Origin: Planctomycetota bacterium
GTDB taxonomy: Bacteria > Planctomycetota > GCA-002687715 > DRQF01
Direction: 5' to 3'
Length of the DNA: 10,876 nucleotides
Assembly (NCBI GenBank): GCA_036479435.1
Contig: JAZGFI010000200.1
Coordinates: forward strand, 1 to 10,876
Part shown: positions 1 to 8,948 of the stretch, one piece after another
Layout of the letters: every line of letters begins with the position of its first letter
Numbering within the stretch: position 1 is the first letter of the stretch
Translations under genes and position numbers: made by a program
The notes under the pieces: generated by a model
What the model was told of the DNA's origin: nothing
Databases searched by the model: none
The model's input: only the letters and a program-made list of their open reading frames with translations

Positions 1-157
1 AGAATAACTTCACATTCTCGCCGCTCAGCTTCACGCCATCTTCGGTCCGTGCTCAATCGCGAGAATCCTCGAATACAGGAAGTATGCTGCGGTTCTCGCT
101 CAATCGCCCGAACCGAATTTGACGCAAGCCTGAGTGCGAACTCTGCGAACTTATTCT
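1..157. repeat. Long imperfect palindromic element (MITE/RPE-like), centred on position 79
   Basis: The ends AGAATAA (1-7) and TTATTCT (151-157) are inverted repeats. Pairing i with 158-i without gaps gives 47/76 Watson-Crick pairs by hand count, plus about 6 G-U pairs on the minus strand. The apex is ATAC-AGGAA-GTAT (73-85). It lies 10 nt past the gap stop. Confidence 0.8.
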
Positions 158-167
158 TGACCGAGCC

Positions 168-1331
<1,164 letters not shown>

Positions 1332-1343
1332 CGGAGAAGCGCC

Positions 1344-2810
1344 TTGAGTCGCTTGGAAACTACGATTATCGAAGCACTTAGAGACTCTCTGCAGTCTCTA
1401 AAAGGACGGCCCTTTGGCCTCGCCTGCTCCGGTGGTCTGGACTCCATGGTGTTGCTCCATCTGGCGGCTGAGCTTCCCGGGCCGGCTTTTGTCCTTCACC
1501 TCGACCACGGCTTACGCGATGAAAGCCCTGAGGATCGGCTCTTTGTCGAGGCCGAAGCCGAAAAGCGCGGGCTGCTCTGCCGCAGTGAGAGGGTCGAGCT
1601 GCCATCAATCTGGAAAAAGACCGGCGGCTCCCTAGAGGCGCTCGCGCGAAAGGCCCGTTATGAGTTTTTCGTGGAGACGGCGCGCAAGGAGGACTTGTCT
1701 GGCTTGTTGTTAGCGCATCACCGCGACGATCAAATCGAGACCATTGCTCTGGAATTGCTGCGCGGTGGCGGGCCCTTGGCGCTGCGAGGGATGCTGCCGC
1801 AACGAAAACTCAGCTTTGACGGCGATGCCTTGCTGCTACGGCCGCTCCTGCCCTTTGCACGCGCGCAACTTGAAGAACTCGCTTTGGAGCTGGGCCTTAG
1901 CTGGCGTGAGGATGCCAGCAACCGTGACCTCGGCCCGCGGCGCAATCGCCTTCGGCACCTAAGTTTGCCCGCCTGGCGCGCCAAAAACCTGGTCGATGTC
2001 GACGCACAGCTTTTGTCCTTGCACCGTCGGGCCGAGCGTCTTGAAGTTCGCACTCAGGCTTTGGCCGACACGCTCATCCGGCCGTGGTTGGCTAAAGCCG
2101 AGCTACCGCTCGATGGCCTCAGTGAAAGCCGTGTGAGCATTCCCCGCGAGACTTTGCGCCGCTTGCCAAAAGAACTGCTGCGCGTGGTTTTGGGCAAGCT
2201 TGGCCGAGCCTTGGATGCGAAGTTTATTGATCCAAGCGGGCGGCAAGTCACGCTGCTTTTGCATCACATCGCCCACGGAAGGTTGTCGATGCCATTGACG
2301 CCAAGATTGCACCTTTCCTTGGATGATGCCGCCGACCGCCTTCACTTACTGGCAAGGCCAGACCCGGCAAAGCTGAAGGCAGCAAAAAGTTGGACACCGC
2401 AGCTTTTGCGGGAAGGGGAAGTGACCGAGATCGCCGAGACCGGCGAACGTTTTCGGCTGACGGCTCTTCGCGCCGGTGAGCCGATGCCGGCCCCCGACTT
2501 GTCAGTCGGTGAGCGCGAGCGGCAGGTATTCGCGATGCACTCCAAACTCACGCTGCGCCGCGCGCGATGGGGCGAGCGTTTTCATCCCTTTGGGTGGAAA
2601 GAGTCGGGGCACAGCAAACTGGTTGCGGACGCGATGGCGGAAGCCAGCATTCCCGCGCCGAGGCGAAAGATGGTGGCGATCGTTGGAGCTGAAAAAAAAG
2701 GCTCCAATAAGGGCGAGCTGCTTTGGATTCCGGGAGTACGGCCGGCCGAGGGCGCACGCTGTCAGACGATGGAAAAACGCTGGTTGGTCGAACGTCTGAG
2801 CTGCAAGTAA
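1344..2810 (+). CDS. tilS: tRNA(Ile)-lysidine synthetase
   Basis: PP-loop ACSGGLDSMVLL, HLDHGLR, EALARKARY, AHHRDDQIET, LLRPLL, WREDASN and RNRLRH. C-terminal TilS-C-like segment GERFHPFG...LLWIPG. TTG start preceded by GGAGA. Confidence 0.95.
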   Translation: MSRLETTIIEALRDSLQSLKGRPFGLACSGGLDSMVLLHLAAELPGPAFVLHLDHGLRDESPEDRLFVEAEAEKRGLLCRSERVELPSIWKKTGGSLEALARKARYEFFVETARKEDLSGLLLAHHRDDQIETIALELLRGGGPLALRGMLPQRKLSFDGDALLLRPLLPFARAQLEELALELGLSWREDASNRDLGPRRNRLRHLSLPAWRAKNLVDVDAQLLSLHRRAERLEVRTQALADTLIRPWLAKAELPLDGLSESRVSIPRETLRRLPKELLRVVLGKLGRALDAKFIDPSGRQVTLLLHHIAHGRLSMPLTPRLHLSLDDAADRLHLLARPDPAKLKAAKSWTPQLLREGEVTEIAETGERFRLTALRAGEPMPAPDLSVGERERQVFAMHSKLTLRRARWGERFHPFGWKESGHSKLVADAMAEASIPAPRRKMVAIVGAEKKGSNKGELLWIPGVRPAEGARCQTMEKRWLVERLSCK

Positions 2811-2817
2811 GCAGAGG

Positions 2818-2868
2818 CAAAAGAAACGGCCACTCTCTCGTTGCCGAAAGAGTGGCCGCAGTTTTTTT
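2818..2868. terminator. Bidirectional intrinsic terminator between convergent tilS and beta-propeller genes
   Basis: 14-bp stem CGGCCACTCTCTCG (2827-2840) / CGAAAGAGTGGCCG (2845-2858) with one mismatch (G-U on the minus strand). The loop reads GCAA on the minus strand. Followed by CAGTTTTTTT on + and TTTCTTTT on -. Confidence 0.85.
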
Positions 2869-2886
2869 CGTGGCTTTGGCTGAGCT

Positions 2887-4200
2887 CTACTGGAAGGCGA
2901 CGAAGATACCGTCCGACGTTCCCATGATGAGGTCACCAGTGGCGGGGTTTGTCAAAAAGTGCGTGAACTGATCGAAGTCCACGATGCTCTCCAAGTTACC
3001 GCCATCCGTGGTCAGACGGCCGACTTTATTGCCGCCCATCGACATGTAGACGTTTTTGGCGTTCGCCGCCAAGGCGCGGTGCGCGAGCTCAAAGCCCGCC
3101 GGGGCGGCGTCCTTCAGCTCGTAGTCGTACTGACTTTGGTCTTCGCCGCGAGGAGCGCGCCAAATGCGTGCTCCAGAGCGAGCGTCGGCAACAATCATGC
3201 GCTCGGCGTTGCGAGCGTAGACGCGGTCGCCAAGAACGACGGCACTGTCCATGAAGGCTTTTTCAGTGCGAACGACCCAACGACGTCGGCCGGTGGCGGG
3301 ATCGCAACCGTAAAGCCAGCCGTCCTCACAGGGGAATACCACCAAGTACTGGGTGGCATCGCCAGCTTTGACACTGGCGTAGGTCGGTGCTGCGGTCAGC
3401 GGTCCGTGCAAGTTGTGCAACCAGACCGAACCGCCAGGGCGCGACGAGTTGAATGGCTTGGGCTTCAAGGCGACAATTTCGCCCGCGTCCGTGCCGTAGA
3501 TGAGAAGCTGGTTGGGGAGGCCACTCGTCAGGACTGGCGTCGCGCGGCAGATGCCACGGGTGCGGAAGTCCCAGCCTTTGACGCCGCTTTCGGCGGCGAG
3601 CGAAGTCATGTGGCCGGAGAGGTAGTTGGACACATAGACGGTGTCGCCGGCGCCGACGGCGCCGCTGACCGGAATCGTGTCCATCGAGGTGCGCATGTTG
3701 TGAAGGCGAGCCCCGGTTTGCGAGTTGACCACGACCATTGAAGAGTCGTTTTCAGTCATGAACGCAAAGATGCCGTCGCCCGCTGCGGGCGCTTCGACCA
3801 ATGGGTTGTCACCCAACACGACCAGCCATCGCGGCTTGCCCGTGGCAACATCAGCGCAGTGAATTTCGAACTGATTCGAATCAGCGTTGTCGACTTGAGC
3901 CAAGAGCTGATTGCCGCGAATCCACGCGCCAATCACCTTGTGACCCCCGCCGAAACGCGTGGACCAGGTTTTTTTGGTGGCGATGAACTCGACTGCTTTT
4001 TCAAGCCCGCGCATCCGAGCGATGAGAGGGTCCATCCCTCCGGTGCCCATGTCGCCATCGGCTAGGGCAGCATCGCGCCCCATCGACATCGAAGTTGAGT
4101 GATCATCGTCCCACCCCATATCGTCGTCTGAAGTACAGGCGAGAGGAAGGAGAAGCAGCAGAGCCGCAACTAAACTTAGGCTGAAGGAACCCTTGACCAT
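2887..4200 (-). CDS. PQQ-like (BamB-type) beta-propeller lipoprotein
   Basis: Signal peptide with lipobox LLLLPLA-C. Repeated Trp-docking blade motifs: ADVATGKPRW, LAAESGVKGW, CDPATGRRRW, ADARSGARIW. Confidence 0.8.
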   Translation of the reverse strand: MVKGSFSLSLVAALLLLLPLACTSDDDMGWDDDHSTSMSMGRDAALADGDMGTGGMDPLIARMRGLEKAVEFIATKKTWSTRFGGGHKVIGAWIRGNQLLAQVDNADSNQFEIHCADVATGKPRWLVVLGDNPLVEAPAAGDGIFAFMTENDSSMVVVNSQTGARLHNMRTSMDTIPVSGAVGAGDTVYVSNYLSGHMTSLAAESGVKGWDFRTRGICRATPVLTSGLPNQLLIYGTDAGEIVALKPKPFNSSRPGGSVWLHNLHGPLTAAPTYASVKAGDATQYLVVFPCEDGWLYGCDPATGRRRWVVRTEKAFMDSAVVLGDRVYARNAERMIVADARSGARIWRAPRGEDQSQYDYELKDAAPAGFELAHRALAANAKNVYMSMGGNKVGRLTTDGGNLESIVDFDQFTHFLTNPATGDLIMGTSDGIFVAFQ

Positions 4201-4428
4201 GGAATGGACGATCCTTTTTCGTTTGCGTTTCTCAAGTGCAGGCCAAAGGGCGAGAGCACCGGCTCTGGTCCTTATGACCGCACCACCCTTGTCATCGAAC
4301 CTCCGACACCAACCGTTTTAGCTTGGCGGCCGCCGAAAAGCTTGGGAATTGACTGCGGCACTCGCATCGCAATGCGAGGCCATTGAAGGGCTTCGGGCTC
4401 GGCGACGATTGTTCCGCGCCGGGTTGTC

Positions 4429-4456
4429 ACTATATTGGGGCCGATCGGAGTGTCAA
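4429..4456 (-). promoter_or_regulatory. Near-consensus sigma70 promoter driving the beta-propeller gene and its leader
   Basis: Minus strand reads TTGACA (4456-4451) - 16 nt - TATAGT (4434-4429). Confidence 0.65.
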
Positions 4457-4508
4457 GTTTCGTAAGAATGGTTGGGGGCTGACCTTGGCCGGCTCTAAGG
4501 GACAGAAA

Positions 4509-5222
4509 ATGCAAGAACTTAGGGACGACGAGTTCGGTTTGCTCCGCGGAAACCTCGAGCGCGTGCGGGAACGCATCGCTTTGGCCGCCGAACGCAGCGG
4601 GCGACGCCCTGAAGATATCCAGCTCATCGCCGTCACCAAAAAGGTCGACATCGCGGTTTGCCAGGCTTTGTTGGACCTGGGCGTCGAAACTTTGGGTGAA
4701 AGCCGTCCCGAAGTCCTCGCCGAAAAGGCCCAGATTCTGGACGAATCCACTCAGTGGCACATGATTGGTCACTTTCAGAGCAAAAAAATCGGCAAGTCCC
4801 TCCCCCACCTCGCTTTTCTCCATTCCGTCCACAACCTCGACCTTTTGTCGCGCTTGGATCTGAAGGCGAAGGAGCAAAATCGCTCTGCCCCTCTGCCTTT
4901 GCTGATCCAAGTCAATCTGAGCGCCGAGCCTTCAAAACAGGGCTTTTTCGCCGAAGATGCTGGCCACGCCGCTGAACTCGCGAGCGCCTTCAGCCATCTG
5001 GAGGCTCGTGGATTCATGACGATGGCACCGCAGGGCGCCAACGAACGCGAATTACACGAGATATTCGCCCGTCTCCGCACGATTCGCGACGAAGCGGGCA
5101 TCGACCGCTTTCCGGAACTCTCGATGGGCATGACCAACGATTTCGAAGAGGCCATCACGGAAGGGGCAACGATGGTTAGAATCGGCACAGCGCTTTTTGA
5201 CGGCCTGCAACAGTCTCGCTAA
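4509..5222 (+). CDS. yggS: YggS/PLPBP family pyridoxal-phosphate homeostasis protein (237 aa; start ATG at 4509)
   Basis: LIAVTK (PLP lysine), LGESR, WHMIGHFQSKK, LIQVN, GFMTMAP, ELSMGMTNDF and GATMVRIGTALF. SD-like AAGGGA precedes ATG 4509. Confidence 0.95.
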   Translation: MQELRDDEFGLLRGNLERVRERIALAAERSGRRPEDIQLIAVTKKVDIAVCQALLDLGVETLGESRPEVLAEKAQILDESTQWHMIGHFQSKKIGKSLPHLAFLHSVHNLDLLSRLDLKAKEQNRSAPLPLLIQVNLSAEPSKQGFFAEDAGHAAELASAFSHLEARGFMTMAPQGANERELHEIFARLRTIRDEAGIDRFPELSMGMTNDFEEAITEGATMVRIGTALFDGLQQSR

Positions 5223-5240
5223 CGTCTCGCTAACGTCTCG
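5213..5240 (+). repeat. 11-bp tandem repeat GTCTCGCTAAC x2.5 spanning the yggS stop codon
   Basis: GTCTCGCTAAC (5213-5223), GTCTCGCTAAC (5224-5234), GTCTCG (5235-5240). Confidence 0.9.
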
Positions 5241-5389
5241 GCTGGGCGTCCGGGCCTCGTCCCTTGGTGGTCTAAGTCGGACGCCGATTTGTCTCTTGGC
5301 TCATTTTTGGTCGCAAGACCGCTTCCTTTTACCTTTGGTTTCTTTTTTCCCGTGACTGAATTCGAAAAGACTGCGTCTCCAGGGAGAGA

Positions 5390-8098
5390 ATGAACCGCCC
5401 CATGCCAAGGCTAATCGTTGACAAAGGTGCCGACCGTGGTCGGAGCGTCCCGCTTGAAGAAGGCTGCAAAGTCATTTTCGGCCGCGACGAAAGCTGTGAA
5501 TTCGTCATTGCCGATGCCTCAGCTTCCCGCCGTCACTTTGCGATCATCGAACAAAACGGCTCCTACTTCGTCAAAGATCTGAAATCGACACACGGCACCC
5601 TCGTGAACGGCTGGGCCATCGAGACCGCCAAACTCGAAGACGGTGACGCGATCCGCGTCGGGGAAACGGTGTTGAGCTTCGTGGCCGAAAGCGGCGAATC
5701 TGGGCGCGGCTTGAGCGGCAAAGTCATCGCCGGATACCAAGTGCAAGAACGCCTCGGCCGCGGCGGCATGGGTACGGTGTTCCGCGCCAAACAAATTGCG
5801 CTGGACCGCGACGTTGCCCTCAAAGTTCTTTCGGCGCGCTACTCCGACGACAAGACCTTCATCAATCGCTTTTTCAAAGAAGCCCAGGCCGCCGCCCGCC
5901 TCAATCACCCCAACATCGTTCAGATTTACGATGTGCGCGAAGAAAAGGGACTCTATCTCATCTCGATGGAGATGATGGACAGCGGCACCGTCGAGGAGCT
6001 GGTTCAAAAAGAAGGCCCACTGCCCATCAGCAAGGTGATGATGATCGCCAAAGACGCGGCTCAGGGTTTGGTCTACGCCGAACGCAAGGGCATCGTCCAT
6101 CGCGACATCAAGCCCGACAACTTGATGCTCAACTCCGACGGGCACGTCAAGATATCTGACCTCGGCCTCGCCCATGACTCCAGCGGTGATCGCGGCGCTC
6201 ACGGCGACGAGGGCATCTTCGGTACGCCTCACTTCATCGCACCCGAACAGGCGCGCGGTCAAGAAATTGATTCGCGCGCGGATATCTACAGCCTCGGCGC
6301 CTCGCTTTATCGACTGCTAAGCGGCCGCACGCCCTTCAGCGGCGACAGTGTGGGCGAGATCATCAAAAAACAGATCAACGACGAGCCCGAGCCTCTACGA
6401 GAACTGCGCCCTGAAACGCCAGAAGACTTGGTCGACCTCATCTCGGTCATGATGGCAAAGGCCCCCGAAGACCGATTCGAAAACGCCGAAAGCCTGTTGG
6501 AAGCCGTCACTTCACTGGGAACGACGGGGAAGATCGGCGGCGCGGGCTTGAGCCCCGCGCTGAAGTACGGCGGCTTGGCAGTCGCCATCGCCCTCATTGG
6601 CGGCGCGGCCTGGTTCTTCAGCCGTCCGCAAGAAAAGCCGATCGTGGCCCCAATCTCGAATGGTGGCGACTCCAATGGAAACAACGGCAACGGCGGCGAC
6701 TCCGCGGCTGCGGCCAAACTCGAACGCCAACAACTCGAGATCAAGCTGAAGGGCGAGTACCTTGCGGCTCGCAACTTCGAGCTGGAACTAAAACGCAACG
6801 GCAATGATCAAAACCCCGAGATGCTCGACGATCTCGCCCTAAAATTCACGGCCGCGGCCAAAGTCTTCCCAGAGCACGAAGAGGCCATCGCCGCCAAAGC
6901 CGATGCGGTGCGAGTATCAGGGCAGGCCGCCAAGATCCGCGAACAACGACAACTCGACGCCGAAGCCCGCGCTGAGCGCGACCGCCAACTTGAAGCTTCG
7001 TGGCAGAGCCTTGAGTCGTCGATCACCACGGCCCGCGACGCAGACCAGTTTGCAAAGGCGATGGGGCTTTGCCTCGGGGGCGCGGAGGCGATGCGCGGCA
7101 GCAAATTCGAAGCGACTCTCAAGACCCTTCGCAGCGACTTGTTGAGCACCGCCGCCGCCAGAGCACAAAGCGTTCGCAGCGATGCGCGCGCCCAGGTCGA
7201 TGATCGAGCGTTCGACGAAGCTCGTGCGATACTTCGAGAAGCCATCGCAACTTGGTCCGTCGACATGCAAGTAGGCGCGGGTTACGAGGCAATCGCCGCG
7301 CACGTCATTGGCGCCCAAGGAGACCTTGAGCAGATCGAAGAACTCGAACGCGCCAAGATTGCCGCCGACCGCAAGCACGACAAGACCTTGGTCTACGGCT
7401 CTCTGCATGCCTTTCGGATGGACCTAAAAAAGAGCATGAACTATGAACCCATGCGTCTATCTCTCACCAGCACTCGCAGCATGCTGAAAGCAGGACTGGG
7501 TGCCAAACGCTTGGATCGTGCTTTGGAAGGCCTCAACCGCTTAGCTGAAGCCAGGCAATTCCTCATCGAGTACATCAATGCCAACCCCGGCAAGCCGCTA
7601 AAGGTATCAAGCACCGCGCAGGTGCTGCCAAAGGGGTCGGTCATCAAGGCCGATGCAAACGGCTTTGACGTCGAGCGTCGCAAGGGCAAAGTCAAGCGAG
7701 TCGCCTGGAAAACCGCCGACTTTGCGGAAGTTCACCGTTACTTGCTCAAGCGCGCCGCCAAGAGCCCCAAAGACTGGGTGAAAGTCGGTTGGGCCTGCGT
7801 AGAATCTGGTTTTTTGCCCGAGGCCGAAAAAGCCCTCACGGAATTCGCCGATAAAAACGTTGGCGATCAGGCCGCGTCTGCGGCAAACCTCAAAACTGAG
7901 TTCGCACGCGAAAATGCGGCGAGCCAAAAGCTGGCCGAGATCGGTCGCCTCTATAAGGAAGCGCGCGCCGGAAACAAACAATCCTGGTTCCCGCTCCATC
8001 GCGAACTGAGAGAATTCGTTCGGGATTATTGGGACACGCGAGTCATGGCCGTCGTCAGCGACGGAGAGTTCTTCTTTCGTGACCCGCGAAACGGCTAA
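5390..8098 (+). CDS. FHA-domain Hanks-type Ser/Thr protein kinase with one transmembrane helix and a long helical C-terminal region
   Basis: FHA motifs FGR, ASRRH and DLKSTHGTLVNG. Kinase motifs LGRGGMGTV, VALK, HRDIKPDN, DLG, GTPHFIAPEQ and DIYSLG. TM segment GGLAVAIALIGGAAWFF, then an N/G-rich linker and an Ala/Glu/Arg-rich tail. SD GGGAGA before ATG 5390; alternative start at 5402. Confidence 0.92.
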   Translation: MNRPMPRLIVDKGADRGRSVPLEEGCKVIFGRDESCEFVIADASASRRHFAIIEQNGSYFVKDLKSTHGTLVNGWAIETAKLEDGDAIRVGETVLSFVAESGESGRGLSGKVIAGYQVQERLGRGGMGTVFRAKQIALDRDVALKVLSARYSDDKTFINRFFKEAQAAARLNHPNIVQIYDVREEKGLYLISMEMMDSGTVEELVQKEGPLPISKVMMIAKDAAQGLVYAERKGIVHRDIKPDNLMLNSDGHVKISDLGLAHDSSGDRGAHGDEGIFGTPHFIAPEQARGQEIDSRADIYSLGASLYRLLSGRTPFSGDSVGEIIKKQINDEPEPLRELRPETPEDLVDLISVMMAKAPEDRFENAESLLEAVTSLGTTGKIGGAGLSPALKYGGLAVAIALIGGAAWFFSRPQEKPIVAPISNGGDSNGNNGNGGDSAAAAKLERQQLEIKLKGEYLAARNFELELKRNGNDQNPEMLDDLALKFTAAAKVFPEHEEAIAAKADAVRVSGQAAKIREQRQLDAEARAERDRQLEASWQSLESSITTARDADQFAKAMGLCLGGAEAMRGSKFEATLKTLRSDLLSTAAARAQSVRSDARAQVDDRAFDEARAILREAIATWSVDMQVGAGYEAIAAHVIGAQGDLEQIEELERAKIAADRKHDKTLVYGSLHAFRMDLKKSMNYEPMRLSLTSTRSMLKAGLGAKRLDRALEGLNRLAEARQFLIEYINANPGKPLKVSSTAQVLPKGSVIKADANGFDVERRKGKVKRVAWKTADFAEVHRYLLKRAAKSPKDWVKVGWACVESGFLPEAEKALTEFADKNVGDQAASAANLKTEFARENAASQKLAEIGRLYKEARAGNKQSWFPLHRELREFVRDYWDTRVMAVVSDGEFFFRDPRNG

Positions 8099-8111
8099 AC
8101 GAGAACGATAG

Positions 8112-8948
8112 ATGAACGTGTCGACCCAGCAAAAACGTATCAACGCCTCCGTCACCGCGATCAAGGATACGATCGGGGATTTTCACCCCGAGGTCGCCAT
8201 CATTTTCGGCACCGGCTTGTCCAGCCTTGCCAGCGAAATCGAAGATCAAAAGACTCTGGCCTACGGTGACATCCCCCACTTTGCGCAACCCACCGTCGAG
8301 AGCCACGCTGGCGAGTTGGTGTTCGGCAAGCTTGCGGGAAAAAAAATCGTCGCCATGCGGGGGCGCTTTCACTTCTACGAAGGCTATTCGATGGAAGAGA
8401 TCACGCATCCGGTGCGCGTCATGCACGCCTTGGGCGCGGAGACTCTCATCGTTTCCAACGCTGCGGGGGGCATGAACCCACGGCACGACGTCGGCGATAT
8501 CTGCGTCCTTGAAGACCACATCAATCTGCTCGGCGGCAACCCTTTGATCGGGGCAAACGACGAAAGACTCGGTCCGCGTTTCCCCGATATGAGCGCACCC
8601 TACGACGCCGAGCTGATGCAGCTCGCCGAAGCGGGTGCTTTAGCGGCGGGCTTGAAGTTGCACCGCGCGGTCTACGTCGCGGTGACCGGGCCGTGTTTGG
8701 AAACGCGCGCGGAATACCGTTTTTTGCGCGGCATCGGTGCCGACCTCGTGGGCATGAGCACGGTACCTGAGGTCATCGTCGCCAACCATGAATCCATGCG
8801 GGTGTTGGCCTTGTCGATGATCACCGACGCCTGTCTACCGGATGCCCTAAAGGCGACGGGGCTCGACGAAATCCTCACTGTTGCGGCCCTTGCCGAGCCC
8901 AAGATGAACGAGATCGTCAAGCGCTTTTTGGGCGCGCTCCAAAATTGA
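8112..8948 (+). CDS. punA: Purine nucleoside phosphorylase, trimeric PunA/XapA family
   Basis: GTGL, YGDIPHF, SHAGELVFG, GRFHFYEGY, SNAAGG, DHIN, GPRFPDM, GPCLET and GADLVGMSTVPE. Confidence 0.93.
   Translation: MNVSTQQKRINASVTAIKDTIGDFHPEVAIIFGTGLSSLASEIEDQKTLAYGDIPHFAQPTVESHAGELVFGKLAGKKIVAMRGRFHFYEGYSMEEITHPVRVMHALGAETLIVSNAAGGMNPRHDVGDICVLEDHINLLGGNPLIGANDERLGPRFPDMSAPYDAELMQLAEAGALAAGLKLHRAVYVAVTGPCLETRAEYRFLRGIGADLVGMSTVPEVIVANHESMRVLALSMITDACLPDALKATGLDEILTVAALAEPKMNEIVKRFLGALQN

Noticed and set aside
2959..3741. Long antisense ORFs (2959..3741 +, also 738..1235 +, 4272..4910 -, 5519..6262 -, 7607..8164 -, 8672..9334 -)
   Set aside because: They are shadow frames opposite well-supported genes in GC-rich DNA, with no recognisable motifs.
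4201..4428. 6S RNA or a known riboswitch in the yggS/propeller intergenic region
   Set aside because: I saw only short word matches (e.g. AAGCTAAAAC) and could not build the long closing stem with central bubble or any known aptamer consensus. Kept only as an unassigned leader.
4383..4508. N-terminal extension of YggS given by the ORF track (279 aa)
   Set aside because: ATG 4509 has an SD and gives the typical family length. The extension overlaps the divergent promoter.
5274..5350. Intrinsic terminator after yggS (GGTC-GCAA-GACC at 5309-5320 plus a pyrimidine-rich tract)
   Set aside because: The stem is only 4-5 bp and the U-tract is interrupted and offset, so it is too weak to call.
6140..6175. 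DLG instead of DFG as a sign of a pseudokinase
   Set aside because: DLG is a common active variant. The Gly loop, VALK lysine, HRD..N and APE motifs are intact.
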